This document shows, piece after piece, positions 25,324-32,967 of a stretch of 37,384 bases of DNA (positions are counted from its first letter, which is position 1; each line of letters starts with the position of its first letter). A model generated the notes under the pieces. It saw only the letters and a list, made by a program, of their open reading frames with translations, was not told where the DNA came from and searched no databases. Origin of the DNA: Pseudomonadota bacterium (GTDB lineage Bacteria > Bdellovibrionota_G > JALEGL01 > DATDPG01); assembly GCA_043804515.1 (NCBI GenBank), contig JAZDIZ010000060.1, positions 1-37,384 of the forward strand, read 5' to 3'. The position numbers were made by a program, and so were the translations under genes.

Positions 25324-26478
25324 GTGTGGTCCGTGTTGATTGAAGATCCGGCGGAGCTGCGCCGGTATTCGGACGTCTGGGAGGACCTCGTGCGCAACGC
25401 CGCCGAGCCCAACGTGTTCTACGAGCCATGGTTCGTCTTCTCCGCGCTGAAGACCCTTCAGCTTGAACCAAAGCCCATGTTCCTGCTGGTGTTTGATGGG
25501 GCCCCCGGCGGGGCCCAAGAAGCCAAGCTGTGTGGTTTGTTTCCCCTGGAAAAGCGCAAACTGCGAAAAACCCTTCCGATTCCCTCTCGCGGGCTGTGGA
25601 GGCATCCGTATTGTCTTTTGTGCACACCACTCCTGCGTGCCGGGCGGGTTGCAGAAACCGTCCAAACCTTTTGCGCCTGGATCCTCGAATCCAAGGTCGG
25701 AGCGGTGTTTGCGGACTTTCAGCTACTCTCGGGCACGGGACCTTTCGCTTGTGCTTTGGAGGAGGAATTGGGGAGACGCCGGTTGCCGCACATCTCCTAT
25801 AGCCGGTACGAGCGGGCCCTTTTGAAAAATCCAACCGATCTTGACGCCTATTTCAAGAAATTCTTCTCCGCAAAAAAGCGCAAGCGATACCGGCGTTTGG
25901 CGCGACGGATTTCCGAGGCCGGGAAATTCGAGGAGCTCGAATTGGATCGGGGCGGAAATGCCGGGAGGTGGGTCGAATGGTTTCTCGAACTGGAAACGAG
26001 GGGCTGGAAGGGGAGAGAGGGGAGCGCACTGCTGGCGGAACCCTCCCATGCGGCCTTCTTCCGGGAGATGTCGCGGGAGGCGTTTTGCAACGGAGTTCTC
26101 ATGATGTGCGGCCTCTTTCTGGACGGTCAGCCGATCGCCATGCTGTGCGACCTTCGATCGGGCACTGGCGCCTTTTCATTCAAGACGGCGTTCGACGAGA
26201 AGTTTTCCAAATATTCGCCCGGCCTGCTGGTGGAACTTTTTAATTTGCGCAATCTTCAGAAGTATCCGCAAATCCGATGGATGGACTCGTGTGCCAGCTC
26301 GCACAATCAGCAGATCAACCGCCTGTGGGTCGACAGGAGACCGCTCCGATCCGTTCTGTTCAGCCGGCGTCGCGTCCCATATCGTATTCTGTTTTCCGTT
26401 CTCTTCGGGCTGCAGAAGATGTGGAAGCTTCTTAAACGGAGCTTCCGTTCGCGGACCGGGGCGGAACCGAAGGACTGA
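25324..26478 (+). CDS. CelD/BcsL-type GNAT (Acetyltransf_6) protein
   Basis: WEDL...AEPNVFYEPWF, LCTPLL, YERALL, KKRKRYRRL, FLELETRGWKG..GSAL, FKTAFDEKFSKYSPGLL, DSCA. Confidence 0.88.
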   Translation: MWSVLIEDPAELRRYSDVWEDLVRNAAEPNVFYEPWFVFSALKTLQLEPKPMFLLVFDGAPGGAQEAKLCGLFPLEKRKLRKTLPIPSRGLWRHPYCLLCTPLLRAGRVAETVQTFCAWILESKVGAVFADFQLLSGTGPFACALEEELGRRRLPHISYSRYERALLKNPTDLDAYFKKFFSAKKRKRYRRLARRISEAGKFEELELDRGGNAGRWVEWFLELETRGWKGREGSALLAEPSHAAFFREMSREAFCNGVLMMCGLFLDGQPIAMLCDLRSGTGAFSFKTAFDEKFSKYSPGLLVELFNLRNLQKYPQIRWMDSCASSHNQQINRLWVDRRPLRSVLFSRRRVPYRILFSVLFGLQKMWKLLKRSFRSRTGAEPKD

Positions 26479-26485
26479 TGCGATC

Positions 26486-27799
26486 GTGAAGAAGATCCTG
26501 ATCATCACGTACGTTTTTCCGCCGGTCGGGGGAGCCGGCGTCCAGCGGACACTCAAGTGGACGAAGTATCTTCCCGAATTCGGCTGGAAGCCGTACGTCC
26601 TCACGGCCAGTAATCCTTCGGTTCCAGTGTTCGATGATTCACTGGCGGCGGAGATCCCGAAGGACCTCCCGATCACCCGGACACGGACGTTCGAACTACC
26701 GTACCGCATGAGGCGTTCCGTCTGGAATCAGGCGGAACGGGCCGCCTGCGAAAACCGTGGGTCGAGTTTGAAGGCCCGCGTGTTGGGGCTCCTGAAGGGG
26801 ACCGCCCAGCGGGTGTTCATGCCCGATCCGCAAATCGGATGGTGGCCGACGGCGTATTTAAAGGCCGTCCGATTGATCCGGGCGGAGGGGATCGACGCGA
26901 TCGTGATCAGCGCACCGCCTTTCTCCACGCTTCTCTTGGGGCGCAAAATCGCCCAAAAAACGCGCGTTCCCTGGATCGCGGATTTCAGAGATGAGTGGGC
27001 GGATTTTTACACCCAGGCGTTCGATTTTCACCGCCGGCCCGGAATGAAAGAACGGATCGCCGCAATGGAAAAATCGGTGGTCGAATCCGCCTCGGCCGTG
27101 ATCGCAGTGACCGAAGCCGTCCTTCGGAGCTATCGAGGGAAATACCCCCGGCTGTCCGAATCCAACAGCTTTTGGGTTCCCAACGGCTTCGACGCCGAGG
27201 AATTCGAGGGGGAGGATCCGCCCTCGCTGGAGCCGGATCGGTTCACGATCACGTACAGCGGCACCGTATTTGAAGTGACGACCGCCCGTTTTTTCCTTGC
27301 GGCTCTCAAGAACGTTCTTGAGCGACAGCCCGATCTTCGCACCCGCTTGCGCGTGCGTTTTTTGGGCCGGATCGTGCCGCCGGAGCGGCCCCCCTTCGAA
27401 GACCGGACCTTCGAGGGTGTCTTGGAGTGCCTCGATTACGTCCCGCACACAGAGGCCGTGCGCTTCATCCAGTCGTCGAACGCGAACCTCCTTCTTCTGT
27501 CACCCGTGCCGACGGCGGAGCGCATTCTGCCGGGGAAGATTTTCGAGTACCTGGCCGCGCAAAAACCGATCCTGGCGTTGGTTCCGAAGGGCGAGTCCTC
27601 CCGACTGATCGAAAAAACATCCTCGGGTGTTTCGGTTTCTCCGACCGACACGCCCGCCATTGAGCGGGCCATTGAAGAGCTGATCGCACGCGGAGTGAAC
27701 GCGAGGCCGGCACCTCGGCATCCAGATATAGAGAAATTCAGCCGGAGGGAGACCACCCGGCAATTGGCCCAAATTCTGGACCAACGCGTAAGTAGCTAA
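26486..27799 (+). CDS. Glycosyltransferase family 4
   Basis: YVFPPVGGAGVQR, PDPQIGW, SAPPFS, ADFRDEW, PNGFD, PGKIFEYLAA.KPIL. GTG at 26486. Confidence 0.92.
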   Translation: MKKILIITYVFPPVGGAGVQRTLKWTKYLPEFGWKPYVLTASNPSVPVFDDSLAAEIPKDLPITRTRTFELPYRMRRSVWNQAERAACENRGSSLKARVLGLLKGTAQRVFMPDPQIGWWPTAYLKAVRLIRAEGIDAIVISAPPFSTLLLGRKIAQKTRVPWIADFRDEWADFYTQAFDFHRRPGMKERIAAMEKSVVESASAVIAVTEAVLRSYRGKYPRLSESNSFWVPNGFDAEEFEGEDPPSLEPDRFTITYSGTVFEVTTARFFLAALKNVLERQPDLRTRLRVRFLGRIVPPERPPFEDRTFEGVLECLDYVPHTEAVRFIQSSNANLLLLSPVPTAERILPGKIFEYLAAQKPILALVPKGESSRLIEKTSSGVSVSPTDTPAIERAIEELIARGVNARPAPRHPDIEKFSRRETTRQLAQILDQRVSS

Positions 27800-27820
27800 A
27801 ATTCTTCATTAATAAATTCT

Positions 27821-27846
27821 TGTGACGTTTCCCTTTTTGGCTCGTC
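27821..27846 (+). promoter_or_regulatory. Candidate ECF-sigma (autoregulatory) promoter
   Basis: TGTGAC-N16-CGTC lies 30 nt upstream of the ECF gene, after an AT-rich tract. It matches the general AAC/GAC...CGT architecture of ECF promoters. Confidence 0.45.
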
Positions 27847-27876
27847 CAAGGTAATTGTGACAGCCAGAGAGCGGAC

Positions 27877-28428
27877 ATGTTGCTGGTGCGTGAAGGGGAA
27901 AAACCCCAGGTGGTCGCGAAAGCCCAAGCGGGGGACCGCGCCGCATTTAACGAATTGGTCCTTATGTACCGGGGCCGCGTCATGACGTGGGCCTACCGTC
28001 TCGTGTCCAGCCGATCGCTTGCCGAGGACGTGGCGCAGGAGGTATTCGCCCGCGTTTATGAGGGCCTCGCCCGCTTTCGCGGCGAATCGAAGTTCTCCAC
28101 GTGGCTTTTCCGCGTCACCATCAATTGTTGCCGGGACATTCTGAAATCCCCCCGCGCTTTTTTCGAAGTGGCCGATGAACCCTCCGTTCTAAATGCAGCC
28201 TCCGTCGCCGACCCCGAGCAAACCGCGTCGGAATCACAAAGATCCAAGAGGCTCGCGGAAGCGCTTAAGAAGCTGACGCCGGAATACCGTGAAGCGTTTC
28301 TGGGCCGGTTCCTGGAAGACTTGAGCTTCGACGAGTTGGCGTGGGCCACGCATCAATCGGTCAGCAGCGCGAAGATGCGCGTCCACCGTGCAGTGATCCA
28401 ACTCAAGGGAATTCTGGAGGCGAAATGA
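27877..28428 (+). CDS. ECF-family RNA polymerase sigma factor
   Basis: GDRAAFNELV..Y, AEDVAQEVF, FRGESKFSTWLFRVTINCC (region 2); L..L..EYREAF, LSFDELA, SAKMRVHRA (region 4). Confidence 0.93.
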   Translation: MLLVREGEKPQVVAKAQAGDRAAFNELVLMYRGRVMTWAYRLVSSRSLAEDVAQEVFARVYEGLARFRGESKFSTWLFRVTINCCRDILKSPRAFFEVADEPSVLNAASVADPEQTASESQRSKRLAEALKKLTPEYREAFLGRFLEDLSFDELAWATHQSVSSAKMRVHRAVIQLKGILEAK

Positions 28429-29036
28429 AAGCGGAAGAGCGCACAGCCCGGATCACCAGGTTTCTTCTCAATGAGATGCCCGCCGACGAACGCCGGGCGT
28501 TTCTCAAGGAATTGGAACGTGACGCGAGCTTGGCCGAGGAAATGGAATTCGCCCGGACGTTGATGGCCTCGGCGCGCGAGCTTCCGGCGCTTGAGCCAGG
28601 CCCGGAATTCTTGGGGTCCTTGAGCCTCCGGCTGGCCCGGGATGCGCAGAAGGAACAAACCCGGACGCGGCGCTTCGGCTATCCGGCGTTCGGTCTTGTC
28701 TCCGCGGCTGCTGCCGCTTGCATCGCCGTCGTGCTGTGGATGAAGCCGGGAGATCGCGCCGATTCCCCGGTCACCACGACGTTCCAGGTCGACGCCCCCA
28801 ACGCCGGCTCCGTGGAACTGGTGGGGGACTTCAATCTTTGGACCGCCGGCAAGACGCGGATGGTTCGGGAAGCCAATGCATCCGTTTGGAAGGCCTCCGT
28901 TCAACTTCCCCCGGGACGGCACTATTTCCAGTATGTCGTGGACGGAAAACGCATTCCCGATCCGAGCCTTCCTTCCGTGGATGACGACTTCGGCGGAGAG
29001 GATTCCTACGTCGACGTCACCGAGGATCGGCCATGA
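28425..29036 (+). CDS. Membrane anti-sigma factor with a C-terminal CBM48/AMPK-beta-like glycogen-binding (E-set) domain
   Basis: ATGA-coupled to the sigma gene. The N-terminal anti-sigma-like helices lack HxxxCxxC. One TM (AAAAACIAVVLW) is followed by FQVDAPNAGSVELVGDFNLW...W...LPPGRHYFQYVVDG...DP...DDDFGGEDS. Confidence 0.82.
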   Translation: MKAEERTARITRFLLNEMPADERRAFLKELERDASLAEEMEFARTLMASARELPALEPGPEFLGSLSLRLARDAQKEQTRTRRFGYPAFGLVSAAAAACIAVVLWMKPGDRADSPVTTTFQVDAPNAGSVELVGDFNLWTAGKTRMVREANASVWKASVQLPPGRHYFQYVVDGKRIPDPSLPSVDDDFGGEDSYVDVTEDRP

Positions 29037-29626
29037 CGCGATTCGCTTGGATTTGGGCGATCCTTGTCGCCACGGCTCCCGTTGCCGTTTCGGCCGGTGA
29101 GTTGGGAGCGGTCGGCGCGCTTCAAAGCCACCCGATGATGCTCCGCAAGCTTCTGGATTGGTCAGGGGACCGATCCAAGCTGGCCGACATCGTGCTGCAG
29201 GCCGAGCGGGACAAACTCCCGGCCCAGAAGCTCCTGCAAAAAGCCGTGGAAGGAATATCCAAAGGGGCGCCTCCGCCGAGGGTCCTGGCCGCCGTGCAGC
29301 GATTGGACGCGCGCCTGAGGCGGGCGGACATCGTGGTCCGGCACGTGACGAAGCACTATGCGCCGAAGGGTTCGCGCAAGACCAAGGAGATGGCGCTGGT
29401 GGCGGTGGCGGATTCCCTGCGGGGGCGCCGCGCGCCGGAGACCGTGCTCAAGAAAGTCCAATTGCGGCTTCGCGCCACGCAGCCCGCGAATTGGAACACC
29501 GTTTTAGAAACAGTTTCGGAACGCCCGGAAGGCTCCATGCTCCAGCGTACCGAAAGACCGTCGGAGGGGTGGTCCCAACCGGGTCTGAATCAACCGATGG
29601 CGACTATCTCGCCGTCCGAACAATAG
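29033..29626 (+). CDS. Hypothetical secreted helical protein
   Basis: Signal peptide (AVSA), conserved-looking LPAQKLLQKAVEGISKGAPPPRVLAAV segment, translationally coupled to the anti-sigma gene. Confidence 0.65.
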   Translation: MTRFAWIWAILVATAPVAVSAGELGAVGALQSHPMMLRKLLDWSGDRSKLADIVLQAERDKLPAQKLLQKAVEGISKGAPPPRVLAAVQRLDARLRRADIVVRHVTKHYAPKGSRKTKEMALVAVADSLRGRRAPETVLKKVQLRLRATQPANWNTVLETVSERPEGSMLQRTERPSEGWSQPGLNQPMATISPSEQ

Positions 29627-29643
29627 GAAAGAGGAGAAATCTC

Positions 29644-29934
29644 ATGACGAAGAAACATGCGTTGTACCTGTCGCTGCCGTTGGCCGCACTTCTGGCTTCG
29701 CCCCTGCTTGCAGAGGAAGCGAAAAAGGCCGTGGAACCCGGAATGAACCCGGCGACGACCACGACCGAAGTCCAGCCCGTAGAAAAAAAGGCGACGAAGC
29801 ACTGGAAGCACAGCAAGAAAACAGCGAAGGCTGAAGAGAAGAAGGCCGAAGAGAAAAAAGCCGAGGAAACCAAGAAAACCGTGGAGACCATCAATCCGGC
29901 GACCACGGCGCCTGTGGCCCCTGCGCAGAAGTAG
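29644..29934 (+). CDS. Small secreted Lys/Ala/Glu/Thr-rich protein with internal repeats
   Basis: GAGGAG RBS, ATG 29644, signal peptide (PLLA/EE). Repeats KKAVEPGMNPATT / KKTVETINPATT and AEEKK-AEEKK-AEETKK. Confidence 0.75.
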   Translation: MTKKHALYLSLPLAALLASPLLAEEAKKAVEPGMNPATTTTEVQPVEKKATKHWKHSKKTAKAEEKKAEEKKAEETKKTVETINPATTAPVAPAQK

Positions 29935-29949
29935 TGTAGGTAGAGCCTC

Positions 29950-30128
29950 AGCCTGCATAATTTATGAGACTCATCGAACCACTACGAAACGGTCAGATTT
30001 GGCGCAGATCAAGGCGGGCGTCGAGCACAGACCGGAGTTGGCTTGAAAGGCCAATGAGGACTGCGCGCAGACGCCCAACGCAGAGATGCGGCAAATATGC
30101 CGTTTCCCTCTTGTGAATAATCAGGGCT
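29950..30128 (+). other. ~180-nt nested inverted-repeat element (structured ncRNA or MITE/REP-like repeat)
   Basis: Nested pairings: 29950-29969 with 30109-30128; GAAACGGtCAGATTTGgCGCA (29986-30006) with TGCGgCAAATaTGCCGTTTC (30087-30106); GGGCGTC (30016-30022) with GACGCCC (30070-30076); TTGGC (30038-30042) with GCCAA (30050-30054) around a GAAA-containing loop. Confidence 0.6.
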
Positions 30129-30142
30129 TGATGGCTCAAATG

Positions 30143-30173
30143 AAAAGGGCGGCCTATGGGCCGCCCTTTTTTT
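30143..30173. terminator. Bidirectional intrinsic terminator
   Basis: AAAAGGGCGGCC-TATG-GGCCGCCCTTTTTTT between convergent genes. Confidence 0.9.
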
Positions 30174-30193
30174 CTTATGATCTTATCTCCGGT

Positions 30194-30727
30194 CTAGAAC
30201 TTAAAGTACACGTTGAAGGCGAGCGGAAATTGGATCACATGGACCGTGCTGCTTCCGATACCCAGGTCATACTGGAACGCGAAGCCGAGGGCCACGCTGT
30301 TCGAGAGCATGTAATCGATGCCCGGTCCGATGGCAAAGTCGAACAGGTTCACACCGGGGAAATGAGCCATCCCAAGGCCGATCATTGCGTAGGGCAGAAC
30401 TCGACCCAAGCCCGGCCAGTATGCTTTTAAATCCGCGATAAACCGGACGGTCGTGCCGCCGCCCGCTTTCAGATTCATCATCGCTCCGGGGGCGAAGATG
30501 TCCGTTACGAAGTAATTCGCTCCCAGGTCCAGGGTCCAAAGATCCTGCTCGACGTCGCCGCGAACGAGAGCCGGTTGGCTGCCGAACGTAATACCGATAT
30601 CCCCTTGTCCGACGGTGTAGTTTTCATGGCTTAACAGCGGTGTGGTTGTTGACGCCTGCGCCAGAGGTGCAGCGACAAGAGCCGCAGCCGCCAGAACGAG
30701 CGAAAAGCCACGCAAAAATTTAGACAT
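30194..30727 (-). CDS. Small outer-membrane beta-barrel protein (8-stranded OmpW/OmpA-like)
   Basis: Start reassigned to ATG 30727 (GGAGG RBS). Signal peptide AQA, amphipathic strands (LGANYF, PYAMIGLG, GPGIDYML) and C-terminal FNVYFKF beta-signal. Confidence 0.8.
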   Translation of the reverse strand: MSKFLRGFSLVLAAAALVAAPLAQASTTTPLLSHENYTVGQGDIGITFGSQPALVRGDVEQDLWTLDLGANYFVTDIFAPGAMMNLKAGGGTTVRFIADLKAYWPGLGRVLPYAMIGLGMAHFPGVNLFDFAIGPGIDYMLSNSVALGFAFQYDLGIGSSTVHVIQFPLAFNVYFKF

Positions 30728-30795
30728 TCGATAACCTCCTAAGGTTGTTGATGGTCGCATTGTACGAGAGAATGTTGAACCGGCAAGAAAATGCT

Positions 30796-31722
30796 TCAGG
30801 GGGGCCCGCTGGACATTTCGAGGGCGTGGACAAGCCCCACGATGGCGCCGTTCACGGGGATCGGGATCCCGTACCGGAGGCCTCGTCGGACGACCGCCCC
30901 GTTCAGGAAGTCGATCTCCGTGGGCCGCCCCCGGATGAAATCGGACCACATCGACGTCCGGCTATCCGTGATCCCGGAGCCTTGGGAATCGCCGGCCCCG
31001 AACATGTGATCGAGCATGTCTGGGTCGATTTTCACGTCCTCGCATGCCGCCACGGTATCGATTTCCGCGAGGACCTGGGCCGCCAAGGCTTTGAGTTGCG
31101 GATTCTGCCGAACCTGCCCGACGGTGGAACGTGTCAGGAGGCAAAAAGGGTTGTAGATCGAATTCCAGCCCAGCTTGGTCCATTTCGCCCGCCGAACGTT
31201 GTCCCGCGTTGTTGTGGGGATGCCCGCTTTCTCGAGCCATGCCTGAACCTCCGGTAGACGCGACGGTTCCGTCGGCCACCAGTCTCCGATCGCCAACCGG
31301 CCCTTACCGCTCACATATACGACTCCCGGTTCCTGGATGAACGCGTTCATGTACGCGACACCGGCCACAATTTGGTTGTGGGCCGCGAATTCGGCGCAGA
31401 TTTCCTCCGCGTCGACGCCGTTCTGAATCGTCAGAAGCAATGTGTCCGGAGAAAGCACATCTCGTATGGAGTCCAGGGCGCTCTTGAGATCCTGGCACTT
31501 GGTGGTCAGGACCACCCGGTCGTAGCGCAGCTTGGCGTCGTACGGGCGCAGGCATTCCGGAGCGATATGGGCTTCGCGGACGCCGGTGATCCGAAGGCCC
31601 CGGGACGCGATGGCCCGGCCGTGCTCACCGCGGGCCAATACGAAGACCTCGGCTTCCGAGGCCGCAATCCGTTCCGCCAACCATCCCCCGGTGGCACCCG
31701 CACCGACGATCAAAACGCGCAT
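30796..31722 (-). CDS. panE: 2-dehydropantoate 2-reductase (ketopantoate reductase)
   Basis: GAGATGG Rossmann motif, TTK, IQNG, KWTKLGWN, SMWSDFIRGRPTEIDFLNG. Confidence 0.9.
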   Translation of the reverse strand: MRVLIVGAGATGGWLAERIAASEAEVFVLARGEHGRAIASRGLRITGVREAHIAPECLRPYDAKLRYDRVVLTTKCQDLKSALDSIRDVLSPDTLLLTIQNGVDAEEICAEFAAHNQIVAGVAYMNAFIQEPGVVYVSGKGRLAIGDWWPTEPSRLPEVQAWLEKAGIPTTTRDNVRRAKWTKLGWNSIYNPFCLLTRSTVGQVRQNPQLKALAAQVLAEIDTVAACEDVKIDPDMLDHMFGAGDSQGSGITDSRTSMWSDFIRGRPTEIDFLNGAVVRRGLRYGIPIPVNGAIVGLVHALEMSSGPP

Positions 31723-31862
31723 GACGACTGTTTCTAAGGGGTGTTCAGCCCGGCGTCAACGAAGCGTTCGTCGGGGTTCCGGAAGGTCAGCCGTTTTCTG
31801 GAACCGGGAGACCAGAAATCGGTCACCAGCGGAAACGAGATCGGCGTCATTCCAGCCCAGCA

Positions 31863-31878
31863 CGGCGCCGGTTTTGCA
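31863..31878 (+). promoter_or_regulatory. Possible sigma54 promoter
   Basis: CGGCGC-CGGTT-TTGCA has GG-N10-GC spacing with TTGCA, about 12 nt upstream of GTG 31891. The -24 element deviates from TGGCAC. Confidence 0.3.
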
Positions 31879-31890
31879 CGTGGGATTTTC

Positions 31891-32967
31891 GTGTTCTTGG
31901 AGCTCGAGATCCGCGACGGAATGAAGCGTTTCCGGGGCGTGAAAAGCCTCCCGCTGGTACGCCGGCGGTGTGCGATCGGATCGGCGATGGACAACGACCT
32001 GGTGATCCTGGATACGGAGATTCCCCCTTACGCCGGCATCCTTCGGATCAGCCGCGGGCGCTGGCGCTGGTCTCCCCAGACGGCGGACGCGCTTGCGAGG
32101 ACGGGAAACACGTTCAGAATCGGTCCGTACGAACTCCGCACGAGGATCTCCCGCCTCCTTCGCTGGGGGATGATGGGTGGAATCCTCGCTTTTGCCGCAA
32201 CGTGGCTCGTCCCGGGCTCGGGAACCGGAAGGTCACGGCCCTCCCGGCCGGCGGAGCATGGGACGGTCGCATCGCTTCCGGTGAGAGGGGATTACGGCAA
32301 CGTTGGGGGCGCACGGGCCGTGAGGGACGTGGAATTCGAATTCGACGAAGCGGAGCCACGACCCGTCGAAATCCATTTCTCTCCCGGGAATATTTCGGCG
32401 CCGGACCAAGTGGCCGTCGAACTCAACGGACAGAGGCTCGGCTTCGCGTCCGTCTGTCCGGGACGCTGGGGGATTGAGGGGCGCCTGCGGGAAGACGGCC
32501 TTGGGGTGAGGATCGGGCGAAACCGCCTGCGTTTCGTCAACCTAAAGCCGGAGTTGGGGGAAGGGAGATGGGGAGTCCGGAATGTATACGTGACGCACCC
32601 GAAGGCCGACTTGGGGATCTCCCAGGACGCGGGGGGCTGGCTACGATCCGCACGGGAGAGCTTCGAGAGGCGTTTCTCCAGACCGGGGGAGCTTTGGAAA
32701 GCCCGGCAGTACGTTGAACACGCGATCCAGGCCGCGGCGGCCGGCGGAGTCCGACCGCCCCTCGAGATCGTCGCATTCAAGACCGAATTGGAACAGGAGG
32801 AGCGCTCGTTCATCCGCCGGGGGCTGGCGAAGGCAAGGGCGGCCCTAAGCCTGCAAGACCGGAAGCGAGCCAAGGCACTCTTTAAGTCGCTGCGGGCTGA
32901 ATTCATGGATCCTTCGCATCCCCGGCGGCGCGAGCTGGAGGCTGCGGGAAGAGAGTTGGGACTGTGA
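31891..32967 (+). CDS. Hypothetical membrane protein: degenerate FHA-like N-terminus, TM, beta-sandwich and helical C-terminus
   Basis: AIGSAMDNDLVILDTEIPPYAGIL...FRIGPYEL resembles the FHA pattern 'IGR...NDLVL.D..IS..H' with the phospho-binding residues lost. One TM. The start is uncertain; the ORF is open from 31741. Confidence 0.55.
   Translation: MFLELEIRDGMKRFRGVKSLPLVRRRCAIGSAMDNDLVILDTEIPPYAGILRISRGRWRWSPQTADALARTGNTFRIGPYELRTRISRLLRWGMMGGILAFAATWLVPGSGTGRSRPSRPAEHGTVASLPVRGDYGNVGGARAVRDVEFEFDEAEPRPVEIHFSPGNISAPDQVAVELNGQRLGFASVCPGRWGIEGRLREDGLGVRIGRNRLRFVNLKPELGEGRWGVRNVYVTHPKADLGISQDAGGWLRSARESFERRFSRPGELWKARQYVEHAIQAAAAGGVRPPLEIVAFKTELEQEERSFIRRGLAKARAALSLQDRKRAKALFKSLRAEFMDPSHPRRRELEAAGRELGL

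Noticed and set aside
24090..25343. 417-aa plus-strand ORF, and similar long ORFs such as 3724-4737(-), 7212-8066(-), 22018-22881(+), 35703-36560(-)
   Set aside because: These are antisense shadows of well-supported genes in GC-rich DNA, with no recognisable motifs.
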